Virus record (IMG/VR): IMGVR_UViG_3300020460_000013
Location: 37,322 to 101,321 of that record
Source of the DNA: a virus
Taxonomy: Duplodnaviria; Caudoviricetes
Direction: 5' to 3' (one strand)
Length of the DNA stretch: 64,000 nt
A program made the translations under genes and the position numbers. Numbering within the stretch: the stretch's first letter is position 1; each line of letters opens with the position of its first letter. Below, piece after piece: positions 55,263 through 64,000 of this stretch. The notes beneath the pieces are model-generated. The model was not told the DNA's origin. It made no database searches and was given only the letters and a program-made list of their open reading frames with translations.

Positions 55263-58200
55263 TTAGAATGGATGAAATCTTGTTGCAATTGGATTACCAC
55301 TAATAGTAATATTATGACTAGATGAACTCGCATCATTAATGACGTTACTATCATTACAAGTCAATAATTTAGTATTTGTTACAGCAGTTAATTTTGATGT
55401 GGGTACAGTTATTTCATCATAAAATGGGCCATCATTTGTTAAAATAGTATGTTGACTAGCTTTTGTTACAGTAACATTATTTGAACTACCATCACTTAAT
55501 GTTGATCCACTATTTTCTTGGAATAATAATAATGCTGTACCACTCACTGCCGTTAAGGGTGATGATGGTGGTGTGAAACCAGCACTTGTATACAAAGCTG
55601 TACCTTTTACTACACGAAAATTACTTACTGATCCTGTATCTGGATAAGCATTTCCACTAGCAGTATTACCAAATGATGAAGTAAATGTTGAACCTATAGA
55701 ACTACTATGAGCTTTACTAAGAGTTTCTACGCCATCTCTATACATTTTAACGACATTACCATTTCTAACAATAGCATAATGATGCCATATGCCTGCACTA
55801 GCAGCAGATGATTCATAGGTTGGATATGTTGCGACAGATCCATATAAAAACCAACTACGAGCAACATGGGTAGATTGAATTGTAAGACCAGTAGAACCAG
55901 TACCATTGTGATCTAATAGTGTATTGTATCCAAGAGAGCCCCACTTATAGAAAAATTCTATTGTAAAATCATTTGTTCCAAAATCAAAACCAGCGTGACT
56001 TGCTAAAGTTGTACGACCTGTATTTGTAAAATCTAAACCAGCAGCAGTTGTGGTTGGAGTATAAACAGTAGACCCATTTACTATTCTAAAATTTGAAAGA
56101 TACCCAGCAAGATATCCATATGATCCAGATGCATATGATCCTATTTGGATTGACTGATTTTCATCATAATCACGATTGTTAGATACTGACCATTTTAGTT
56201 TACCATCTACAAACATCTTTAATGTATTTTCAGAATAATCTCTTTGAAATGCAAAATGTTCCCATGCTCCAGATGTTGGTGTATATCCTGTATCTCTCCA
56301 AGCACCAGTATCAGTATAAACTTGAATTGTTGAATTATGAAATGCAACTTCAAATCTTTTTGCACCAGTAGAACCACTAAGAGAATAAATAATAGTATAA
56401 TTTGAAGTGTTAGTTCCTGCCCTTAGAAAAAATTCTATAGTAAAATCGTTAGTACCAAAGGCAAATTCAGAACTAGATGCGATTGTTAAATAATCATTAG
56501 AACTATCAGTAGTACCATAAAATAATGTAGATCCGCCTGTACCTTGTTCAAATGGAGTCGCATAACTAAATTCTGTACTTCCATAAGGTGTTAATTCATT
56601 TGATGCTGTGCTTATATCAGTAGGAGCTTTTATAACAGCCACTGAACTAGCAGATGATGAACCAGTTGCTGTAAAAGTATGTCCTGAATCACTTACATCA
56701 GTAATACTACTAGAATTGTTGCCAATCAATAAAACTGTTTCAGATGCAGTAGGATTACTTATATTTGTGCTTGATGGATAAGTACCACCAGTTTTTGTTA
56801 AAGCACCAGATGGAGGAGTAAATGCACCTGTATATACGGCTTTTCCTTTTACAATTCTTAAATCTGTTACATATCCTTCCCATATCTGGTTTCCACTATT
56901 ATGACTACCTATAGTTAATGTAGTGCCAGTGAGATTAAAAGCTGTACTATTTGTATTAGCTTTTTGTATGCCATCTAAAAACATAGTTGTATCTGACCCA
57001 TTTCTAACTAGAGCTAAATGATAAAACTTACTTGTATTTAAAGTACCAATATCTGCAACAAGATCATAGTAAACAGAATAAGTGTTACTCCCACCAATTC
57101 TTGCAACAATTTCTCCACCAGCAAACCACATCTGGAATTTATTAGATCCTAAATCAAGTATATAATCATTGTCTGATAAATTACTAATGCCATATTTAAA
57201 CCAAGTTTCTATAGTAAAATCACCTGTTCCAAGTGCAAAATCACTACTTGTAGCTGCAAGATTACCACCATTAAGATGAATTGATCCAGTAGTTATATTT
57301 TCAGGCGCACTTTCTGTAAATGCTAAAAGTTTAGTATTTGTTATTGCAGTTAAATCAGAAGTTGGTACAGTAAAATAAGATGAATATGGTGATGTGGTAC
57401 TACCAGTAAGAGCACCAGCAGTAACCATAGTATAATTTTGATCACTATTATCTGCTATTGTTGTTCCAGAACTAGTTTGGTTTGTAAGCAAATAAGTATG
57501 TGAAGCTGGTATTGACGTATTAACATTTGTAGTGGAAGGATAAGTACCCCCAGTTTTCGTAAGTTGATTACTTGGTGGAGTGAATGCACCAGTATAAACA
57601 GCTGTACCAATTACGAGTCTTGTATCGGCCATATAACCAAATGTTGGCCAAGTATTACCACCTTGTGCCATCATATTAAGTGTTCCAGATCCATCTTTGT
57701 GTGGTATATTGTTAGCTGAGTTTGCAGTACCACTATGACTTTGAACACCATCTATGTAAGCCTTAAAACTACCAGAATTATTTACAAGAGCAATGTGATG
57801 CCATTGATTTCTATTAAATGTTCCAGCATCAGCACTAAAACCACCCATACTATATACTGATAATTGTCCACTATACCAAGCAATGTATCCACCAAAACCA
57901 TGAAAAAATGTATTATACGTAGCACTATTGGTGATGTATATCCATGTTTCTAATGTCCATGTTGTTCCCCAACTTGGTAAAGAAGCAGGAGTTGATAACA
58001 TTCCATATGAAGAAGAAGCTGAAGATGCAGATGTAACAGATGTAGGTGAATAAGCTGTAGATCCTTTAACGACTCTAAAATTAGAAATGTATCCTGTAAA
58101 CTCTTTAGATCCAGAATGTTTATCACCAATTCTAAGTGTAGTTGACGCAACATTATAAGTACTACCAGTATAACTTCCAACTTCAGAACCATTATGAAGA

Positions 58201-59252
58201 AGTTGTACTTTTCCATTAGCGTGTCTGATAAGAGCATGATGATGAAAAGTATTTTTATCTAAAGTATTACCACTAATACTATATGATAATTGAGTTTCAC
58301 TACCAAGTTGTGCTCTTATAGCTCCACTTTTAAAAGTAACTCTTACATCTTCACTACCAAAATCATAAAGAAATATTGTACCAGAACCACTAGTGTCAAA
58401 ATCAACATTGTAAAAACACTCTACAGAAAATGCACCAGTTCCAAAAGTATAAGAAGAATTATCTGTAGTTGTTATATAATCTCCGCTCCCATCAAATTTA
58501 TATGATCCAGATACATCAAATTGTAAAGTAAATTCAGATGCACTAGAAGTTGCAACTGCAACACCATCAGAAGCTGAGAAAGTCAAACTAAATGTACCAG
58601 CGTGGGCACTATTTGTACTAGGAGTGACTTTAAAAAATTTGTTTGTCGTAAGAGTATTAGCAGCTAATGCACTATAAGTTCCACCAGATGTTGCACTAGA
58701 AGTAACAGTTGCAGTTGAACCTATTGAACCAGAACTCACTACATATTTGTATTGTAATGCAGTACCAACCTCTGCATCTGTAGCAGTAATTTCTATAGAA
58801 ACTGGAGTTCCATCAGTTAAAAACTGATAAGTTGCATTTCCTGCTGATGTAATACTAGGAGTAGTATTTGTAATTTCTGCTATTTTATACCAACCATTAG
58901 ATTTTGCAATATACATAAAATTATTTGCAGTAACTAGAGCTTGTTGTCCATCACTTGGACTTGTTGGTAAAAGATCTGTAGTTGCATAAATGGTTGTGCC
59001 TGCAACAGCTCCACCCTCTGGAGCTTCTCCAGATGCCTGTGTTTGAATTGCAACTTTACCTGTAGAGGAATCTCTTTTTAATATAACCTTATCTGAACCA
59101 GTTCCTACATGAATTTCTTCAGCTATAAGTTTCTTTTCATTACCACTTATATCTTGAACTTTTAAATCACCAGAATCTGTAATCAACTTTGTGTTATCAA
59201 TCTGTAAAGGATCTGTTCCAGATCTATTTGCTCTATCTCTTGCTATACTCAT
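55263..59252 (-). CDS. LamG repeat fibre/virion protein, paralog 2
   Basis: Same N-terminal module and LamG repeats. Confidence 0.85.
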   Translation of the reverse strand: MSIARDRANRSGTDPLQIDNTKLITDSGDLKVQDISGNEKKLIAEEIHVGTGSDKVILKRDSSTGKVAIQTQASGEAPEGGAVAGTTIYATTDLLPTSPSDGQQALVTANNFMYIAKSNGWYKIAEITNTTPSITSAGNATYQFLTDGTPVSIEITATDAEVGTALQYKYVVSSGSIGSTATVTSSATSGGTYSALAANTLTTNKFFKVTPSTNSAHAGTFSLTFSASDGVAVATSSASEFTLQFDVSGSYKFDGSGDYITTTDNSSYTFGTGAFSVECFYNVDFDTSGSGTIFLYDFGSEDVRVTFKSGAIRAQLGSETQLSYSISGNTLDKNTFHHHALIRHANGKVQLLHNGSEVGSYTGSTYNVASTTLRIGDKHSGSKEFTGYISNFRVVKGSTAYSPTSVTSASSASSSYGMLSTPASLPSWGTTWTLETWIYITNSATYNTFFHGFGGYIAWYSGQLSVYSMGGFSADAGTFNRNQWHHIALVNNSGSFKAYIDGVQSHSGTANSANNIPHKDGSGTLNMMAQGGNTWPTFGYMADTRLVIGTAVYTGAFTPPSNQLTKTGGTYPSTTNVNTSIPASHTYLLTNQTSSGTTIADNSDQNYTMVTAGALTGSTTSPYSSYFTVPTSDLTAITNTKLLAFTESAPENITTGSIHLNGGNLAATSSDFALGTGDFTIETWFKYGISNLSDNDYILDLGSNKFQMWFAGGEIVARIGGSNTYSVYYDLVADIGTLNTSKFYHLALVRNGSDTTMFLDGIQKANTNSTAFNLTGTTLTIGSHNSGNQIWEGYVTDLRIVKGKAVYTGAFTPPSGALTKTGGTYPSSTNISNPTASETVLLIGNNSSSITDVSDSGHTFTATGSSSASSVAVIKAPTDISTASNELTPYGSTEFSYATPFEQGTGGSTLFYGTTDSSNDYLTIASSSEFAFGTNDFTIEFFLRAGTNTSNYTIIYSLSGSTGAKRFEVAFHNSTIQVYTDTGAWRDTGYTPTSGAWEHFAFQRDYSENTLKMFVDGKLKWSVSNNRDYDENQSIQIGSYASGSYGYLAGYLSNFRIVNGSTVYTPTTTAAGLDFTNTGRTTLASHAGFDFGTNDFTIEFFYKWGSLGYNTLLDHNGTGSTGLTIQSTHVARSWFLYGSVATYPTYESSAASAGIWHHYAIVRNGNVVKMYRDGVETLSKAHSSSIGSTFTSSFGNTASGNAYPDTGSVSNFRVVKGTALYTSAGFTPPSSPLTAVSGTALLLFQENSGSTLSDGSSNNVTVTKASQHTILTNDGPFYDEITVPTSKLTAVTNTKLLTCNDSNVINDASSSSHNITISGNPIATRFHPF

Positions 59253-59280
59253 TTATTATTTTCCTTTGACATAAAATGAA

Positions 59281-62160
59281 TTATCCATTATAACTAAACG
59301 GCCAGTATCTAGTATTACGAATATTACCATTTATTGTTATAGGTAAACTATTAGGGCCTGCATCAGAATCTATAGTTTGATAACCAGTTGTTGTTGAAAC
59401 TGTACCAGAAGTAGACATGGTATGTGGTGTATCACTTGCATCAGTAATACTACCACTACTATTTTGACCAATTAAAAGAACTGTTTCAGATGCAGTTGGG
59501 TCTGTTCTATTCGTATTATTTGGATAAGTTCCACCAGTTGTAGTTAGAGGGCCAGTGGGTGGTGAGAAAGCACCAGTATAAACTGCTTTACCTTTTACAA
59601 GTCTAAAGTCTGATACATAACCTTGCCACTGATAACTACCACCACCACCATAATTACCAAGTCTAAAAGTATTAGTACTATGATTATATGTAGAATTACC
59701 AAGAGTACCTTTTTGTACGCCATCAAAATAAAGGTAAATATTTGTTCCACTTCTAACAAAAGCCAAATGATACCATTGGGTTGTGGATATACTTCCTATA
59801 TCATTAGTAAGATACCAATCAATATATTGACCACCATCATTAGCATAGATATGTCCACTAGTAAAGGTAATTCTTAAACCATTAGCTCCTAAATCGACAA
59901 GATATTTATTTCCAGATAAAGTAGAACTACCATATTTAAACCAAGTTTCTAGAGTAAAATCTCCTGTACCCATTGTAAAATCAGAACTTGCAGATGTAGT
60001 AACTGAACCACCACCAAGATAAATTGCACCATTTGTAAAGATGGATGGTCTAGACCTTCGAGCAGTTAATAATACTGTATTTGAATCACTAGTGAATGGT
60101 GTTGTTGATGGAGTAAAATCAGCACTATATCTTGCACTATTAGAAATTCTAAGATTAGACATATGACCTAAAAGATCATAACCTTGACCTTGATCTGTAC
60201 CAATTGTAATTTCACCTACTCTAAATGTTGAAGGAAGATTGGTAGCAGAAGTTTGATTATTTCCTTCGACATTAACACCATCTTTATACATTCTTAGGTT
60301 AGTACCTTCTTTTACAAAAGCAAGATGATACCAAGCGCCACGAGGTACATCATGGGCTGCATCAACTGTATAAACTTGATTTTGCCAAGGATTACCAGAC
60401 GTACTAGTAAACATACAGTTTTTATTACTGTAAGTTCTTGTTCTACCAAATGACATTTGTACACCACTATAAAGTTGATCAGTAAAATGCACGTACATTT
60501 CTTCAACATTAGGATCAGTTGTAGCATCACCACCACCAGCAAAATGGAACATCCAAAATTCTACTGTAAGGTCTGAAAGAGATCCCATACCTGCTACTGC
60601 ATTACCACCACCAGCTGCATAGTAAATATAATCATTATTTTTATCAAAAAATAATGAACCATAACCAGCGGTAGCCCAAGGAAAAGGATTAAACGCTGAA
60701 TGAGTAGCAGTACCAGATTTTGTTACTGTATGACCAGTAGGGCCTATATCGTCTACTGCATCTGGTTTTGTACAAATTAATAACTTTGTATTATTAATTG
60801 CTGTAAGAGGTGCAGTTGGAGGCGTAAAGTTAGAGGTATATACAGCAGTACCATTAACTATTCTAAAATTTGAAATCCATCCAGTAAAGTTATGGTTTGC
60901 ACTATAACCATGTCTACCTATCCACAACTTATCTAGTTCATTATAATTTGTACTGTCAGACCATGTACCTTCAGATACGCCATTATAATACATAGTTGTC
61001 GTTGAAGAATTTCTAACAATAGCAAGATGAAACCATTGATTTTCTAGTTCTGGAGTTAAAATGGCACTTTCAATGCGATCAGAACCACTAACATGATATT
61101 GCAATTTTATACTATCAGCATTACCATTAGAACCACCAGTTCCACCCAATCTAACCATAGGTGCTCTTTTATTAGAGTACGCCCCATCTAATTCTCTAAA
61201 ATCAAAAAGGTGAGGTCTATATCCGACAGACATTCTATATCCTATCCTAGCAGTTGGATAATCTTGTGATGGAGCAGGCCCTTGAAGAAAAAACCAACCT
61301 TCAATCGTAAAATCATTAGTTCCTAAAGTAAAATCAGAGTGTGATGCAACTTCTATATGAGCATCACCAGCTGAAGTAGGGCCTGCATTTAAATCCAAAG
61401 CAGTAGATCCAAAAGTTTCAAATGCTAAACTAAATGAAGATGCACTTGAATTAGCAGTATTAACACCATCAGTTACAGAAAAGGTGATTGCGAATGAACC
61501 AGCATGAGCTGCATTTGTACTAGGCGTCACTCTAAAGAATCTATTGTTACTAAAAGTATTAGCTGCAAGTGCAGAGTATGTACCACCAGAAGTTGCACTA
61601 TTTGTTACAGTTGCAGTTGAACCTAATGATCCAGTTGTAACTTGATATTTATATTGTAATGCAACACCTTCTGGATCTGATGCAACGATTTCTATAGAAA
61701 CTGGAGTTCCATTTGTTGCAAAAGCATATGAAGCATTTCCAGCTGATGATATAACTGGATTTGCATTAGTTATGGTAGCTATTTTGTACCAACCAGAACC
61801 ATTGTAAATCATAAGATTATTTGTTGATGTAACTAATATTGTATCTCCAGCTTCATTTCCAGTGATAGGTAAATCAGATGGATTGGTTACAGTAGTTGCT
61901 CCACCTACAGATTGCTCAGTTGTGCTACTTCCACCATCAGATGATGTTTGAAATTGAGCTTTTCCTGTACTAGCATCTCTTTTAATAATAACAACATCAT
62001 TACCAGTTCCAAGTTTTATTTCTGATGCAATAACTTTTTTTCTATTATTACTGGCATCTTTTACTTCTAAATCACCAGATGCATCTGGTACTAACTTGGT
62101 AGTACCAATAACGACATCCATATCTCCAGTACGTTCAGCTCTATTCCTTGCTTTTCCCAT
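59281..62160 (-). CDS. LamG repeat fibre/virion protein, paralog 3
   Basis: Same N-terminal module; fewer LamG repeats. Confidence 0.85.
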   Translation of the reverse strand: MGKARNRAERTGDMDVVIGTTKLVPDASGDLEVKDASNNRKKVIASEIKLGTGNDVVIIKRDASTGKAQFQTSSDGGSSTTEQSVGGATTVTNPSDLPITGNEAGDTILVTSTNNLMIYNGSGWYKIATITNANPVISSAGNASYAFATNGTPVSIEIVASDPEGVALQYKYQVTTGSLGSTATVTNSATSGGTYSALAANTFSNNRFFRVTPSTNAAHAGSFAITFSVTDGVNTANSSASSFSLAFETFGSTALDLNAGPTSAGDAHIEVASHSDFTLGTNDFTIEGWFFLQGPAPSQDYPTARIGYRMSVGYRPHLFDFRELDGAYSNKRAPMVRLGGTGGSNGNADSIKLQYHVSGSDRIESAILTPELENQWFHLAIVRNSSTTTMYYNGVSEGTWSDSTNYNELDKLWIGRHGYSANHNFTGWISNFRIVNGTAVYTSNFTPPTAPLTAINNTKLLICTKPDAVDDIGPTGHTVTKSGTATHSAFNPFPWATAGYGSLFFDKNNDYIYYAAGGGNAVAGMGSLSDLTVEFWMFHFAGGGDATTDPNVEEMYVHFTDQLYSGVQMSFGRTRTYSNKNCMFTSTSGNPWQNQVYTVDAAHDVPRGAWYHLAFVKEGTNLRMYKDGVNVEGNNQTSATNLPSTFRVGEITIGTDQGQGYDLLGHMSNLRISNSARYSADFTPSTTPFTSDSNTVLLTARRSRPSIFTNGAIYLGGGSVTTSASSDFTMGTGDFTLETWFKYGSSTLSGNKYLVDLGANGLRITFTSGHIYANDGGQYIDWYLTNDIGSISTTQWYHLAFVRSGTNIYLYFDGVQKGTLGNSTYNHSTNTFRLGNYGGGGSYQWQGYVSDFRLVKGKAVYTGAFSPPTGPLTTTGGTYPNNTNRTDPTASETVLLIGQNSSGSITDASDTPHTMSTSGTVSTTTGYQTIDSDAGPNSLPITINGNIRNTRYWPFSYNG

Positions 62161-62170
62161 TTAAATACCC

Positions 62171-64000
62171 CTAGTTATCTACCTTTGAACCAGCTCTCCA
62201 TTGATAACAACTCCAATATCTTGCTTTCCACTTTGGGCCTGGATTTGTATCACACTGGTGTCTTGCACGAAAAGACTTTCTTGCTTCTGGATCATCTCTA
62301 TTTATTCCCATGTTTGGATCACCAAAAGTAACTTTTACAACATTACCTTTATCATTCTTTACATATACACCAAACTTCTTTTTACTTCCAGATGGTAATC
62401 TGAAAGGATCATTTAATTTTACTTTGCGTCCTTGATATTCTGATTCCATAATTGCATGGTCATATAAAGATTTAGAAACGTGTTCTTTAAAAGATATTAT
62501 CTTTTCTTCTTTTGGTACACAGTTAGGCACCATCTTTCCATTTTTCTTTTTCATACCCACTTGTTTATGAGTATCCCAACATGGATCTTCTTCTTGAAAA
62601 TCTTCTGACTTTGATTTCTTTTTCTTTTTGTATCCACCAGCACGAATTTGTTTCTGTAAATCTGGATCTGCTTTTCCACCAGTTAACATAGAGTTCACTC
62701 TTGCAAACGCCCATTGTTGTTGACTTGCGCCTGGTCTATGTCCACCTTTCCATGCGGCCATTCCTCTATCATAACTCTTCTTGAGTATAGAATATGGAAC
62801 ACCAGTTTGTTTGGATTTGTTGACTAGACCTTCTATCTTTTCGTCCAGTTGAAATTGTTGGAATGTTTTTACCATATCTATTTCCTCATTATTTTTTTCG
62901 TTTTCTGCTGATAATTCTTTTGGTAATTCATTTGATTTGACAAGAGAGTTTATATAATCTTTAATAGGTTTAATACTATCAAAACCATAATTCATTGCAG
63001 CTCTTGATAGATAAAAAGAATTACTATGTTTACCTTTTCCCTTTTTTACCATACCAGTATAGTCTTTTACTATATTATTATAAGCTCTTTGATATACTTT
63101 TTTCAAACTACTTTCTTTCACATCAGAACTTATATCTAATATTGGGAGTGCTTCTTTTGCAAGTTTAACACCATGTTTATGATCTGATGGATAATGCCAA
63201 CCAGCCATAACTCTACCAACCCCACATTCATCTGCAGCCTTAATCAATTCTTTTTTATGATCTGGATATTTTTCTGCATAATATTCTGCAACTAATCTAG
63301 ATTGTAAACTATGTCCACTTGGATATGCTGGAGTATTCATAGAATCAGAAGGTCTTTTCATAACATTAATATCCATATTCATTTCTTCAGACATTTGCCA
63401 TGGTCTTGCTCTTTGATGTAAATTTTTATAATGTCTTGAAATCGTAGAACCAGCAACATTAATCTTATCAATCTCTTCTTGTGAATATTTTAAATTCTTA
63501 CTATCCATATATTCTTTCATTGCATATGATGGATCTGCATCATGTTTCTTGACACTTTCTTCAACTTCTTTAGTTCTTCTTTCACCAAACTTTTTAAGTT
63601 TCTGCATCTCTTCTTTAGTTACAGAATCTGATGGCTTTTCAGATTTAAAGTTTTTGTAATCTGCACTTAAATACTTTTCACCATCTTTGTTTTCTTTTAC
63701 CTTTGGATATTTTATTTCTTCTTCACCAAACATCTTCTTGTATTTTTTAGTATACTTTGATGGTTTAGTATCTGCATCTGCATCGCCTGGTGCTGGTTCT
63801 CTGGAGTCACCTTTTGCAAAATGTCTTGCACGAGCTTTCTTAGTTGCAGTTGACATTTTATCACCATCAGCATCTTTTGCAAAATACTTTGCTGGTTGAG
63901 TACCTTTCATATCTTCTACATCTTTATCTTGTTTTACTCTTCTTACCTCATACAACCATCTCTTATGTGTTGTACCATCACTTTCTGCAAATACAAGATA
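62171..64000 (-). CDS. Large multidomain protein with a PAP2-like phosphatase domain; 5' end lies beyond the window
   Basis: Frame is open to 64000; K.....RARP, YPSGHS and R.MAGWHYPSD PAP2 motifs; internal KTFQQFQLDE. Confidence 0.75.
   Translation of the reverse strand, partial: YLVFAESDGTTHKRWLYEVRRVKQDKDVEDMKGTQPAKYFAKDADGDKMSTATKKARARHFAKGDSREPAPGDADADTKPSKYTKKYKKMFGEEEIKYPKVKENKDGEKYLSADYKNFKSEKPSDSVTKEEMQKLKKFGERRTKEVEESVKKHDADPSYAMKEYMDSKNLKYSQEEIDKINVAGSTISRHYKNLHQRARPWQMSEEMNMDINVMKRPSDSMNTPAYPSGHSLQSRLVAEYYAEKYPDHKKELIKAADECGVGRVMAGWHYPSDHKHGVKLAKEALPILDISSDVKESSLKKVYQRAYNNIVKDYTGMVKKGKGKHSNSFYLSRAAMNYGFDSIKPIKDYINSLVKSNELPKELSAENEKNNEEIDMVKTFQQFQLDEKIEGLVNKSKQTGVPYSILKKSYDRGMAAWKGGHRPGASQQQWAFARVNSMLTGGKADPDLQKQIRAGGYKKKKKSKSEDFQEEDPCWDTHKQVGMKKKNGKMVPNCVPKEEKIISFKEHVSKSLYDHAIMESEYQGRKVKLNDPFRLPSGSKKKFGVYVKNDKGNVVKVTFGDPNMGINRDDPEARKSFRARHQCDTNPGPKWKARYWSCYQWRAGSKVDN

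Noticed and set aside
51232-62160. Diversity-generating retroelement acting on the fibre genes
   Set aside because: There is no reverse transcriptase in the window, and differences between repeats look synonymous rather than adenine-specific.
91-63899. Many short opposite-strand or nested ORFs in the track (e.g. 6413-6799, 8464-8805, 44523-45188)
   Set aside because: They are shadow ORFs of well-supported genes, without RBS or protein-like composition.
1-64000. CRISPR array, integrase, IS element, or intron/intein in nrdJ, thyX or primase
   Set aside because: No repeat-spacer pattern or recombinase motifs were seen, and those genes are continuous and of normal length.

Overview
This is a 64 kb, AT-rich segment of a T4-like marine myophage genome. 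It holds baseplate and tail genes (gp5 in two ORFs, PAAR, gp53, gp48, gp54, gp26/gp51, tape measure), gp4 and gp2, replication and expression genes (gp32, gp59, gp33, primase, RNase H, ThyX, class II RNR), auxiliary genes (phoH, pstS, a BMP-family binding protein, bS21), a putative lysis module, probable internal head proteins, and three paralogous LamG-repeat fibre proteins. A permuted two-piece tmRNA points to an alphaproteobacterial host. The most notable signals are non-coding. (1) About a dozen sigma70 early promoters carry YGATTCG, a CcrM GANTC site matching the GcrA-binding consensus, at fixed positions and orientations. (2) A stand-alone ~90 nt sRNA has a CU-rich loop complementary to the AG-rich ribosome-binding regions of those same early genes. 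(3) There is an ncRNA cluster of tmRNA with a long structured intervening sequence, a manA-like RNA and a small structured leader. (4) There are minigenes and apparently leaderless late mRNAs, including bS21. (5) A probable -1 frameshift joins gp26 to gp51. (6) There is an unannotated 40-aa metallothionein-like peptide. All family calls come from motif recognition and synteny; no database search was run.
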